Positions 1 to 7,635 of a stretch of 64,000 nt of DNA are shown one piece after another; position 1 is the stretch's first letter; each line of letters begins with the position of its first letter. The notes beneath the pieces were generated by a model. That model was not told where the DNA came from. It searched no databases and worked only from the letters and a program-made list of their open reading frames with translations. The DNA lies in the IMG/VR virus record IMGVR_UViG_3300005327_000002, positions 16,092 through 80,091 of that record. The stretch is one strand, 5' to 3'. The DNA comes from a virus. A program made the translations under genes and the position numbers.

Positions 1-701
1 TGGCCGACATGCTGGGCTCCAACGTCCTGCGGGAGCAGGGCCGCTCCGGCGGCGGCGTCATGCTGCGGGTCGCCTCCGACATGACCGCCCGCAAGTCGCT
101 GGAAGGCCTGGTGGACGACACGGACACGATCGTCAACGTCCCGCCGTACGTGCTGCGCCCCCTCACGGAGGAGGAGCTGCTGGCCGGGGCGGAGGAGGAG
201 AAGCAGCCGACCTACGGCGCCGGGTACGTCCTGGACGGCGCCCGGGCGCTGAAGTTCCGGGCGCTGAACGTCTCCCCGAAGATCATCACCGGGATGCTGG
301 ACGCCACCCACGAAGTGCTCACCGGGGACGGCTGGCAGGGCGTGGAGGGCATGCCCGTCCCGGCTGCCAAGGGCGACGCTGACGACGAAGACGGGGACGA
401 CGACTACGGGGACGGGGAGGACTGGGCCGACGACGCGGACGACGATGCGGACGACCCGCAGGAGGAGGCGGACGGACCGGCCACCGTGGCGGACGTCATC
501 CTGCGGGTGCTGGCCGACACGGACGACCCCATGCAGACCGCCGACATCGTCTCCGCCGTCCGGGCGCGCCTTGACGTCGGATCGGGGGCCGTGCAGAACA
601 AGATCAGCGACATGGCCCGCTCCGGGGAGATCGCCCGCCTCAAGCGCGGCCTGTACCGGCTGGCGAGCGTCTCGGGAGGTTCGAGTGGCGACGACGACTG
701 A
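1..701 (+). CDS. C-terminal part of a probable TraB/FtsK-SpoIIIE-like DNA translocase with acidic linker and terminal winged HTH (5'-partial)
   Basis: LGSNVLREQ..GGGVMLR and GAGYVL..R..FRA resemble the end of the Streptomyces TraB FtsK domain; D/E-rich linker; wHTH-like end (TADIV..SGAVQNKISDMARSGEIARLKRGLY); Walker motifs lie outside the window. Confidence 0.5.
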   Translation, partial: ADMLGSNVLREQGRSGGGVMLRVASDMTARKSLEGLVDDTDTIVNVPPYVLRPLTEEELLAGAEEEKQPTYGAGYVLDGARALKFRALNVSPKIITGMLDATHEVLTGDGWQGVEGMPVPAAKGDADDEDGDDDYGDGEDWADDADDDADDPQEEADGPATVADVILRVLADTDDPMQTADIVSAVRARLDVGSGAVQNKISDMARSGEIARLKRGLYRLASVSGGSSGDDD

Positions 702-945
702 CAGGGCCTCCGGCGGGGGCTCCGACCGGTCCCACCGCCTGGCCCAGGTCCACCTGTCCTGGGTGCCGCCGACCACCGAAGTGGCCGCGTGCATCGGTGA
801 CACCCGCTTCGATGCCCAGATCGACGGGCGCGTTCCCTCCGGCCAGCTGCAGGCCCGCCTGCCGCAGGGCCTGCGCAAGGATCTGGCCCAGGTGTGCGCG
901 GGGTGCCGTGTCAGCACGTGCCAGTGGCGGGTACAGTCGGCGTAG
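685..945 (+). CDS. Small 4-Cys protein, WhiB-like
   Basis: GTG at 685 with GGGAGG RBS; AAC...VCAGCRVSTC pattern. Confidence 0.4.
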   Translation: MATTTDRASGGGSDRSHRLAQVHLSWVPPTTEVAACIGDTRFDAQIDGRVPSGQLQARLPQGLRKDLAQVCAGCRVSTCQWRVQSA

Positions 946-980
946 TCGGTAGTTCGGTCGAAGCGGAGGCCGCCCCGGGG

Positions 981-1235
981 TCACAACCCCAGGGCGGCCT
1001 TTCGCTTGTCCCGCTTCTGCCGGGCCCGGGCCGCCGACGTGGAGACCGCCGCACCCAGCCGGGCCAGGCAGGCCGGACCGGCGCCGGTCAGCTGGGAGTC
1101 CCGGGTGCGCAGCACGTGGCGGCAGTAGCGGCAGGTGCGGCGCGGGCCCAGGGCGGAGTTCCAGTCGTCCAGGGACACGCCGATGTCCTCCGGGCCGAAC
1201 AGGGTGTCCATCTCGGTGGTGTGGTCGTGCTGCAC
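981..1235 (-). CDS. DUF6011-like zinc-binding protein
   Basis: GGAGG RBS; CRYC-RHVL..S..GAGPAC motif. Confidence 0.6.
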   Translation of the reverse strand: MQHDHTTEMDTLFGPEDIGVSLDDWNSALGPRRTCRYCRHVLRTRDSQLTGAGPACLARLGAAVSTSAARARQKRDKRKAALGL

Positions 1236-1375
1236 GGGTCCTCCCCAGGGCGTGCTGGCGGCTGCTGGGGACCAGATTCGCACGGGGCGCCGTCGGCGGG
1301 CAGGTGCGCCGCCGATCCCGGGCCGCTGTCAGACCCTTGCCCTAGCGTCCAACCATGGTGCGCAACTGGCGAGTT

Positions 1376-1633
1376 ATGGCCGTGGTGACCGGCCACGAGA
1401 CGAGACCCATCCTGCGCGGGGACGTGCAGGCGCCGACCGCCCAGGAGGCCCTGGAGGCCGTCCTGCCGGACGTGGAGGAGATGGTGACCGGCGCCATGGC
1501 CTGGGTCGGCCTGGAGGGCTCCCTGGAGTACACCGTGGCGATCCTGGAGCCCGGCTTCCGGGCCGGGGACAAGGCAGCCGCCCATCGGCGGGTGCGGACG
1601 GTGATGCTCCTGGAGGACCCGCTGGCGGCGTGA
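1376..1633 (+). CDS. Hypothetical protein
   Basis: GC3-biased ORF followed by a hairpin. Confidence 0.6.
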   Translation: MAVVTGHETRPILRGDVQAPTAQEALEAVLPDVEEMVTGAMAWVGLEGSLEYTVAILEPGFRAGDKAAAHRRVRTVMLLEDPLAA

Positions 1634-1642
1634 GGACATGGA

Positions 1643-1678
1643 AGGGCCCGTCCCCCGGGGAAGTGGGGGACGGGCCCT
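1643..1678. terminator. Bidirectional stem-loop terminator
   Basis: AGGGCCCGTCCCCC...GGGGGACGGGCCCT between convergent genes. Confidence 0.75.
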
Positions 1679-1687
1679 GACCCTTTC

Positions 1688-1930
1688 TCAGGAAGGTTCG
1701 CGGGGCGGGTAGATCGGGGCGCCCTGCGGTTCCGGTGGACCGGGCCGCACGTGCACTCCTCCCCCGCCGCCGCTGCCGTGGTCGTCCGGCGCACGCCGTG
1801 GCGGCCTGTGCTGCTGGCCCTTCACGAACTGCGCGACGACCGCACGCAGCGCCGTGTAGACCAGCACCGCCACCCCCAGGCTGATCCCCAGCGCCAAGCC
1901 GGAGATCAGCAGGGACAGGGAGCCTTCCAT
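1688..1930 (-). CDS. Small membrane protein
   Basis: Hydrophobic N-terminal helix; GATGAT-N6-ATG leaderless-type start. Confidence 0.55.
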   Translation of the reverse strand: MEGSLSLLISGLALGISLGVAVLVYTALRAVVAQFVKGQQHRPPRRAPDDHGSGGGGGVHVRPGPPEPQGAPIYPPREPS

Positions 1931-2000
1931 CCGTCGATCATCCGATGATCAGCGCGCCGGAACGGGGAGCGTCCCCCGTGTGGCGCAGCGGTTCACCCGG

Positions 2001-2768
2001 CTAGTCCAGCAGCTCCGCCTCCATCGCGGGGCCCAGCTGCGCCCGGCCGCTGGCGGCGTCCAGGCGGACGGCGGAGGCCTGGACGACGGGCAGCGGGGGC
2101 AGGCGCTCCGTGGAGGTGGGAACCCAGCCCTCCAGGGAGCGGACCGCGCACTTCAGCCACATCTGGTCCTCCCAGCGCTGCCACGGGGACTTCGGGTTCT
2201 GCCAGCCCGCCGACATGGCGCGGCGCTTGTGTACGTCCCGCTTGTTGAGCACCACGACGCGGGACAGGCCGCCGGAGGCCAGCTGGGCGTAGGCGTAGAC
2301 CTTGACCAGCTCCCCGGGGTCGTCGTCCCCGTCGTAGGGGGTGTGGTCCGGGACGGCGCCCAGGGCGGGCTTGTAGCTGAACCGGTCGCGGGCGTGGACC
2401 ACCTCCGCGATCACGGCCAGCACGGCGCCGGAGTTGAAGATCCGGGAGACGATGCCCTTCCAGGACTCCGACCCGCGCACCTCCGACCCCTGGGGGATCA
2501 GGTAGAAGCGGTCCGTCCCGGGTTCGTGGCCCAGCCGGGCGGCCTCCATCAGCGCGGAGGCGAAGCTGACCGGGTTGCGGGCGGCGCACGCGGCCAGGTC
2601 CTCATTGCGGCGCAGCAGGCCCTGGGCCAGGCGCATCCACGTCTCCGGCCGGACGTGGGTGGGCAGGACGCTGGCGAAGTCGTCGGCGTAGGTGGTGATC
2701 ATCTGGGAGGCCGGGTTCTCCCGGCGGGCCAGGGCGCCGCCCACGCTGCGGTCGGGGCTGGTGGTCAT
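2001..2768 (-). CDS. recT: RecT-family single-strand annealing protein
   Basis: NPVSFASALMEAARLG, FYLIP, VYAYA, SPWQRWEDQMWLKCAVR; ATGA-coupled to the exonuclease. Confidence 0.9.
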   Translation of the reverse strand: MTTSPDRSVGGALARRENPASQMITTYADDFASVLPTHVRPETWMRLAQGLLRRNEDLAACAARNPVSFASALMEAARLGHEPGTDRFYLIPQGSEVRGSESWKGIVSRIFNSGAVLAVIAEVVHARDRFSYKPALGAVPDHTPYDGDDDPGELVKVYAYAQLASGGLSRVVVLNKRDVHKRRAMSAGWQNPKSPWQRWEDQMWLKCAVRSLEGWVPTSTERLPPLPVVQASAVRLDAASGRAQLGPAMEAELLD

Positions 2769-3850
2769 GCCGGGCACTCCTTCGTGGGGCTGGTGGCGTG
2801 GCGCTGCAGGTGGTGGCCGGGCATCAGGGCCCGGGTGCGGCCGGTGCTGGCGCTGATCTGGCGGTAGGCGATGGTGTCGGTGCCGACCTTGGCGCGGCGG
2901 CCGCCGCCGATGCACAGCAGCACCTGGGAGCGGCGCAGGTTGGCCTCCTCCTCCGCGCGGGCGGAGCCGTTGACGGCGTCGGCGTAGGCGCGGGCCAGGT
3001 CGGGGTCCAGCTGGACGTCCTGCTCCGCGTCCGGGTCGGCGCCGGGCAGCAGCTCCTTCACGGCGTTCAGGGTGGCGCTGTGGCCGTCCAGGGGCGGCGG
3101 GGTGCCGTCCTGGAGGGACTGCACGAAGTCCTGCCCGGCGCGGCGCATCAGCTCCAGGTCCTCCTGGTCGGCCTCCACGCTGTAGTGGCGCAGGGTGTGG
3201 CCGGACATCAGGACGGCGATACGAGCGCGCTGAAGGCCCAGGATGTCCAGGTACCACAGCACCTGGCAGCGGTAGTAGACGGGGATCTGGTCGGTGCCCT
3301 CCTCCCCCCAGTCCTCCGACCGGTCGGACAGCTTGATCTCCAGCACCTCCCGGCGGCGGGCCAGGGTGGGGCAGGTGGGGCAGTGCTCGCAGCAGGGCCC
3401 GCAGTCGTCCGGGTCGCAGCAGGCGCGGGTGCACGACGGGCACGGGGAGCCCGGCGGGCACAGGCAGGAGCGGGCGCGGTGCAGGCCGCAGTCGCAGGCC
3501 GGGATCAGGATGCGGTCGGGGGAGCCGATCTGCCACGGGCGCTTCGGGTGGGCGCGCAGGGGGACGGGGAGCATCTGCCACTGGGGGTGCAGCTGGGCGT
3601 AGCGGTCGGCCACCACGGGTTCGATCAGGCGGCCCCACATCATGCGCTCGGAGTCCTCCTGGCCCAGGGAGCGCAGCGGGGGCAGGTCGTGGCCGGGCGG
3701 GACGGCCAGGATCGCGCGCTTCTTGTGCCACAGGGAGAAGGCCGACTCCCAGGGGGACAGGCCCAGGACGGCCGCGATCTCGGAGCCGCCGAGTCCGGCG
3801 GCGCGGGCGCGGTGCCAGTCGGGTGTGCCGTGCAGGGGTGCTGTCTTCAT
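2765..3850 (-). CDS. YqaJ/RecE-like phage exonuclease with Cys-rich insertion
   Basis: W..R..GLGGSEIAAVLGLSPW, GSPDR, LEIK, YYRCQVLWYL. Confidence 0.9.
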   Translation of the reverse strand: MKTAPLHGTPDWHRARAAGLGGSEIAAVLGLSPWESAFSLWHKKRAILAVPPGHDLPPLRSLGQEDSERMMWGRLIEPVVADRYAQLHPQWQMLPVPLRAHPKRPWQIGSPDRILIPACDCGLHRARSCLCPPGSPCPSCTRACCDPDDCGPCCEHCPTCPTLARRREVLEIKLSDRSEDWGEEGTDQIPVYYRCQVLWYLDILGLQRARIAVLMSGHTLRHYSVEADQEDLELMRRAGQDFVQSLQDGTPPPLDGHSATLNAVKELLPGADPDAEQDVQLDPDLARAYADAVNGSARAEEEANLRRSQVLLCIGGGRRAKVGTDTIAYRQISASTGRTRALMPGHHLQRHATSPTKECPA

Positions 3851-3885
3851 GTCGTCACCGTAGGTATCTGCTCGGACACTGCCGG

Positions 3886-4440
3886 TCAGGAGGTGCGGGC
3901 GGCGGCCGGGGGAGCGACGGCCCGCAGGGGCGGGGGCACCAGCTCGAAGGAGGCCTGTGCGCCGATGCACCCGCCCGCCGGGCCGATCTGCCGGACCTCC
4001 GACAGGCCGATGGCGTAGGGCTTCAGCGGGGCGCAGCAGGTCAGGGCCTGCTGGACCAGCAGTTCGTCCCAGGCGGTGTCCGCCGTGAAGGCGGTCATGT
4101 CGGCGCAGGGCAGGCCGTTCTTCGGCTCCGGCCAGCAGCGCACCACCCCGGCCTGCACCTCCCACACCTCCTGGCGGCGCACCCCGCAGGCCGCGCCGCC
4201 GAAGCCGCGCTGGGGCGGGAGGGCGTCGAAGCGGCGGCGGGCCAGGCGGATGAACGCGGTACCGGCGCCGGTGTCGCACTTGCAGTGGCAGCCGTAGGCC
4301 AGGGGGCCGCGCTGGCCGGGAATCCACCAGCAGCAGCACACGCCGCGCCCGGCGGCGGCCAGGGTGTCGCACAGGCACTGCAGGACGGCGCGCAGGACGG
4401 TCTCCGCGCGGGGGTCGCCCTGGATCGGGGGCTGGGTCAC
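3886..4440 (-). CDS. Putative tail terminator / neck protein
   Basis: GTGA-coupled to the adaptor gene; GVVRC and IGPAGGC motifs; position in the head-tail block. Confidence 0.55.
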   Translation of the reverse strand: MTQPPIQGDPRAETVLRAVLQCLCDTLAAAGRGVCCCWWIPGQRGPLAYGCHCKCDTGAGTAFIRLARRRFDALPPQRGFGGAACGVRRQEVWEVQAGVVRCWPEPKNGLPCADMTAFTADTAWDELLVQQALTCCAPLKPYAIGLSEVRQIGPAGGCIGAQASFELVPPPLRAVAPPAAARTS

Positions 4441-5351
4441 GTGGTCGTCTCCGGGGAGCAGCAGCGGGGGATGGGCGGGGCGTCCTTGATCCGGTCGAAT
4501 TCGGAGACGCCCCGGAAGGTCCAGCGGGGAAGGTCGGGGCTGTACAGGCGGGCGATCTGGCGGCGGCGCTGGCCGTTGGGACCGGGCGGGTTGACGATGT
4601 CCAGCCATTCGTCCGCCTCCGGCACGCCGGTGTCACCGGCGCCCGGGGTCAGGTCCCACTCCACCCCGTCGCGGGAGACCCGGGTGGCGCCCTTCAGGGC
4701 GCCTTCGCAGGAGGGATCGCACATGCGCCGATAGAGGGCGCAGGCCAGCGCGGAGACGGCCCGGATCGCGTCGGGGTCCGCCGCCGGGTCGATCCCCCGC
4801 AGGTAGCGCACGCAAAAGGACCCCTCCTGGGCGCAGGTGGCGCGGAAGTTCTGGGAGTGCGGCCAGCAGCCGTCCGTCCGGATCAGGCGGCCCTCCCCGT
4901 CCACCCACCAGTCGGCGGGGTCCAGCTCGCAGCCGTCCATCGTCACGGCCAGCACGCGGGCGACCGGCCCGGGCAGCGGCAGGGCGCACCCGACGTCGCA
5001 GGCGCAGGAGCACCCGCAGTTGTACATCCGGCCGTCGGCGACGTACGGGCGCAGCACCGGGTTGAAGTAGGAGCCCGCGCCGTAGGGCCCGCAGCCGACC
5101 GGCTGGCGGCACTGGGTGGGGCCGCAGGGTCTCAGCAGGTCTTCGCACAGCCCCCAGCGGAACGCGGTCAGCGCCCGCAGGCGGCTGGAGGCGATGGCCT
5201 GGGCGGACAGGGCGCGCCGTTCGCTGGCGGTCAGCTCCCGGTCCGGGCGGCCGGTGGTGATCTCCTCCCACGTGTCCGGCCAGTCGGAGCAACAGCACGG
5301 GTCGATTGGCCACGCGCAGCACGGCGTGGTCTCGGGTCCCCGGTAGGCCAC
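4437..5351 (-). CDS. Head-to-tail adaptor (cluster B-like, Cys-rich)
   Basis: LPGPV..V..V.DG, RVSRDGV, TGVPEAD.WL..VNP motifs; follows the major tail gene. Confidence 0.7.
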   Translation of the reverse strand: MAYRGPETTPCCAWPIDPCCCSDWPDTWEEITTGRPDRELTASERRALSAQAIASSRLRALTAFRWGLCEDLLRPCGPTQCRQPVGCGPYGAGSYFNPVLRPYVADGRMYNCGCSCACDVGCALPLPGPVARVLAVTMDGCELDPADWWVDGEGRLIRTDGCWPHSQNFRATCAQEGSFCVRYLRGIDPAADPDAIRAVSALACALYRRMCDPSCEGALKGATRVSRDGVEWDLTPGAGDTGVPEADEWLDIVNPPGPNGQRRRQIARLYSPDLPRWTFRGVSEFDRIKDAPPIPRCCSPETTT

Positions 5352-5463
5352 GGGGGGCTCCTCTCGAACGTGGGAGCGCCCCGCCTCCGGGTCTCGGGTC
5401 CGGGTGGCGGGGCGCGGGTCCCCGGCCCGGCGCCTCCCCTGGTGTGGGCGCCGGGCCGGGGTG

Positions 5464-6783
5464 CTACTTGGACGCCGCCCCGGCGGGGGCCAGCGCCGCC
5501 GGGGGCGCGGCGTCGGCCGGGATCGGCGCGTAGGTGACCTGGCACTGGGAGATGGACTTGCGCTTGGCCCAGGACGCGCAGACCCGGTAGCGGCCCGGGT
5601 ACTTGTAGTCGTGGGTCAAGGTCGCCTTGCCGGTGGACTGGGAGACCTTCGCGGAGGACGTCTGCTGGTCGCCCCAGTCGATCACCACGTCAACGTCCTG
5701 CTGCGGCGTCATCTTGTACGCCTGCGCGGGCAGGGTGACCTCCAGGCTGACGCGGTTGGGGTGGGTCGCGTCGTCGGCGGCCGTGAAGGCCAGCACCGGC
5801 TTGTCCCCGGTGGCCGGGTCCGGCAGCGGCAGGGGCAGCGGGCCGATCTGGCGGCAGACGGTGGGCTCCGTCTTGTCGCACACCTTGATCGTGACCGGGT
5901 CGGCCACGGTGCCCGCGTAGGTGTGGCTGACCGTGGTCAGCTCCGCGACGTCCTGGACCGGGGTTCCGTCGCCCCAGTCGACGGTGACCGGGCCCAGGCC
6001 CGCGTTGTCGGCCATCAGCCGCGCGGTGCGGCGGGGCGACTCCCCGTCCACGCCGGTGACCACCACGGTGGCGGGCTCCGGGATCGGGCGGGGCACCTCC
6101 TCGCAGTCGCAGGAGGCCTGTGGCGGCGGGAGCGTGACGATGCCCTCCCAGAACGGTTCGTCCAGGGCCGGGTCAAAGGCGTCCGGGAGCCCGGCCGGGA
6201 CGCCTTCGGACAGCGTGATCTGGTAGGGGCCCTTGCCCCAGCGGGTGCCCGTCTTCGTCCGGCCGGTCATGACGAAGGACACTTCGTCGGTGCCGCCCAT
6301 GGTCAGGTCGCCCGGGGTGCCGCCGGTCACCCAGGGGTAGACGCGGTAGTACCAGGCGCCCACGCCGTCCTCACCGGTGCAGGCGTCATTGCTGCCCCCG
6401 GCGGAGGCCCACACCTCCACGGCGTACCCGGCGGAGCACTCGATCTTGTTGTTGGCGAACAGGCCGATGACCTCACCGGTGGCGGGGTCGAAGGACGCGC
6501 GCAGGCCCGGGTTCATGATCCGGAAGCCGTCCATGCTGATCTGCGACCAGGTCACCTCCAGCGTGTGGAAGTTGACGGTGTCGCAGCCCGCGCGGGTGTA
6601 GCAGGGCTTGCCGTCGAAGCCGGTCTGGGTCCGGGTGTCGGCGGTGGTGACGTCGGCGGAGTCCGCGATGGTCGCAATGCAGCGGGAGACGACCGCGCAG
6701 GCCCCGTAGATCGGGCGCCCGCAGGCGTCCACGGGGGTGATCCGGACCACTTCCCACTGGTCCGGGATGAGACAGGTACCCAT
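5464..6783 (-). CDS. Major tail protein with C-terminal PKD/Ig-like domains
   Basis: RITPVDACGRP, YAVEVW, WGKGPY; two DWGD PKD-type motifs. Confidence 0.75.
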   Translation of the reverse strand: MGTCLIPDQWEVVRITPVDACGRPIYGACAVVSRCIATIADSADVTTADTRTQTGFDGKPCYTRAGCDTVNFHTLEVTWSQISMDGFRIMNPGLRASFDPATGEVIGLFANNKIECSAGYAVEVWASAGGSNDACTGEDGVGAWYYRVYPWVTGGTPGDLTMGGTDEVSFVMTGRTKTGTRWGKGPYQITLSEGVPAGLPDAFDPALDEPFWEGIVTLPPPQASCDCEEVPRPIPEPATVVVTGVDGESPRRTARLMADNAGLGPVTVDWGDGTPVQDVAELTTVSHTYAGTVADPVTIKVCDKTEPTVCRQIGPLPLPLPDPATGDKPVLAFTAADDATHPNRVSLEVTLPAQAYKMTPQQDVDVVIDWGDQQTSSAKVSQSTGKATLTHDYKYPGRYRVCASWAKRKSISQCQVTYAPIPADAAPPAALAPAGAASK

Positions 6784-6784
6784 G

Positions 6785-7609
6785 TCAGCCTCCAGGAGGT
6801 GGGGTCGGGGCGCAGGTCGGGAGGTTCACTACGGCGGCCAGGCAGTCGGCGGTGGCCACGAAGGTCCGTTCCGCGATGCCCAGGTGCTCATTGGTGGCGT
6901 GGTCCACGTCGGAGTTGGCGAAGGGGTTGCTGCGCCACAGCGTGACCTGGCCGGTGATCAGGACGGGCGTGGTCGTGGGGACCGGGTCCACCGCCGGGTC
7001 GGAGTACCCGGCACCGGCGACCACCGGGGTGCCCCAGGTCGTCTCCAGGCCGGTGGCGGTGCGCACCAGCATGTGCTGGCGGGTCATCTCCGGCACCAGG
7101 CGGACGGGGACGTGCAGGACGGGCCGCCCGGCGTAGTGACCGGCGGCCCAGGACTCCAGCAGGCCCAGGGCGCAGGCCAGCTGGGTGTCCCCGTCGGGCG
7201 GGGTGGGGACGGTGTGCAGGTCTTCGCGGGCCAGCTGGTCGCGCCAGAAGACCTGCTCCAGGCGGTACTGGTCGCCCCGGGACAGCTGCGCCAGGGCCTC
7301 CTGCCGGGAGTCGAAGCCGGGCTGCGTGCACACCGTCCCGGAGTGGACGGTGCGCGGGGCGCCGGTGACGCGCACCGGCCGGAAGGGGGTGAATTCCTTG
7401 TCCGACCCCTCCACCGGGCAGAAGCCGTCCAGGGAGCCGGTCTCCAGGTTGCAGTTGGGGCTCCAGTACTCCACGCCCCGTTCGAAGGTCCCGGCCGGGG
7501 GCGGCGCCCCTTCGGCCGCCTGGGAGGGCAGGCCGAAGGGGCGCGGCTGGGCCGCCGGGGGTGCCACCGTGAACCGGACATCGGTCCCCGGGATGGGCGG
7601 CGTGCTCAC
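6785..7609 (-). CDS. Major capsid pentamer-type protein
   Basis: Directly after the large capsid gene; TTWGTPVVAGAGY, ITGQVTLWRS, TNE..IAERTFV resemble cluster B pentamer proteins. Confidence 0.65.
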   Translation of the reverse strand: MSTPPIPGTDVRFTVAPPAAQPRPFGLPSQAAEGAPPPAGTFERGVEYWSPNCNLETGSLDGFCPVEGSDKEFTPFRPVRVTGAPRTVHSGTVCTQPGFDSRQEALAQLSRGDQYRLEQVFWRDQLAREDLHTVPTPPDGDTQLACALGLLESWAAGHYAGRPVLHVPVRLVPEMTRQHMLVRTATGLETTWGTPVVAGAGYSDPAVDPVPTTTPVLITGQVTLWRSNPFANSDVDHATNEHLGIAERTFVATADCLAAVVNLPTCAPTPPPGG

Positions 7610-7635
7610 GGGTCACTCCTCCAGGTCGGCCCGGG

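Noticed and set aside
2001-4636. ORF-track 576-aa and 623-aa versions of RecT and the exonuclease
   Set aside because: Upstream extensions overlap other genes out of frame; real starts are 2768 and 3850
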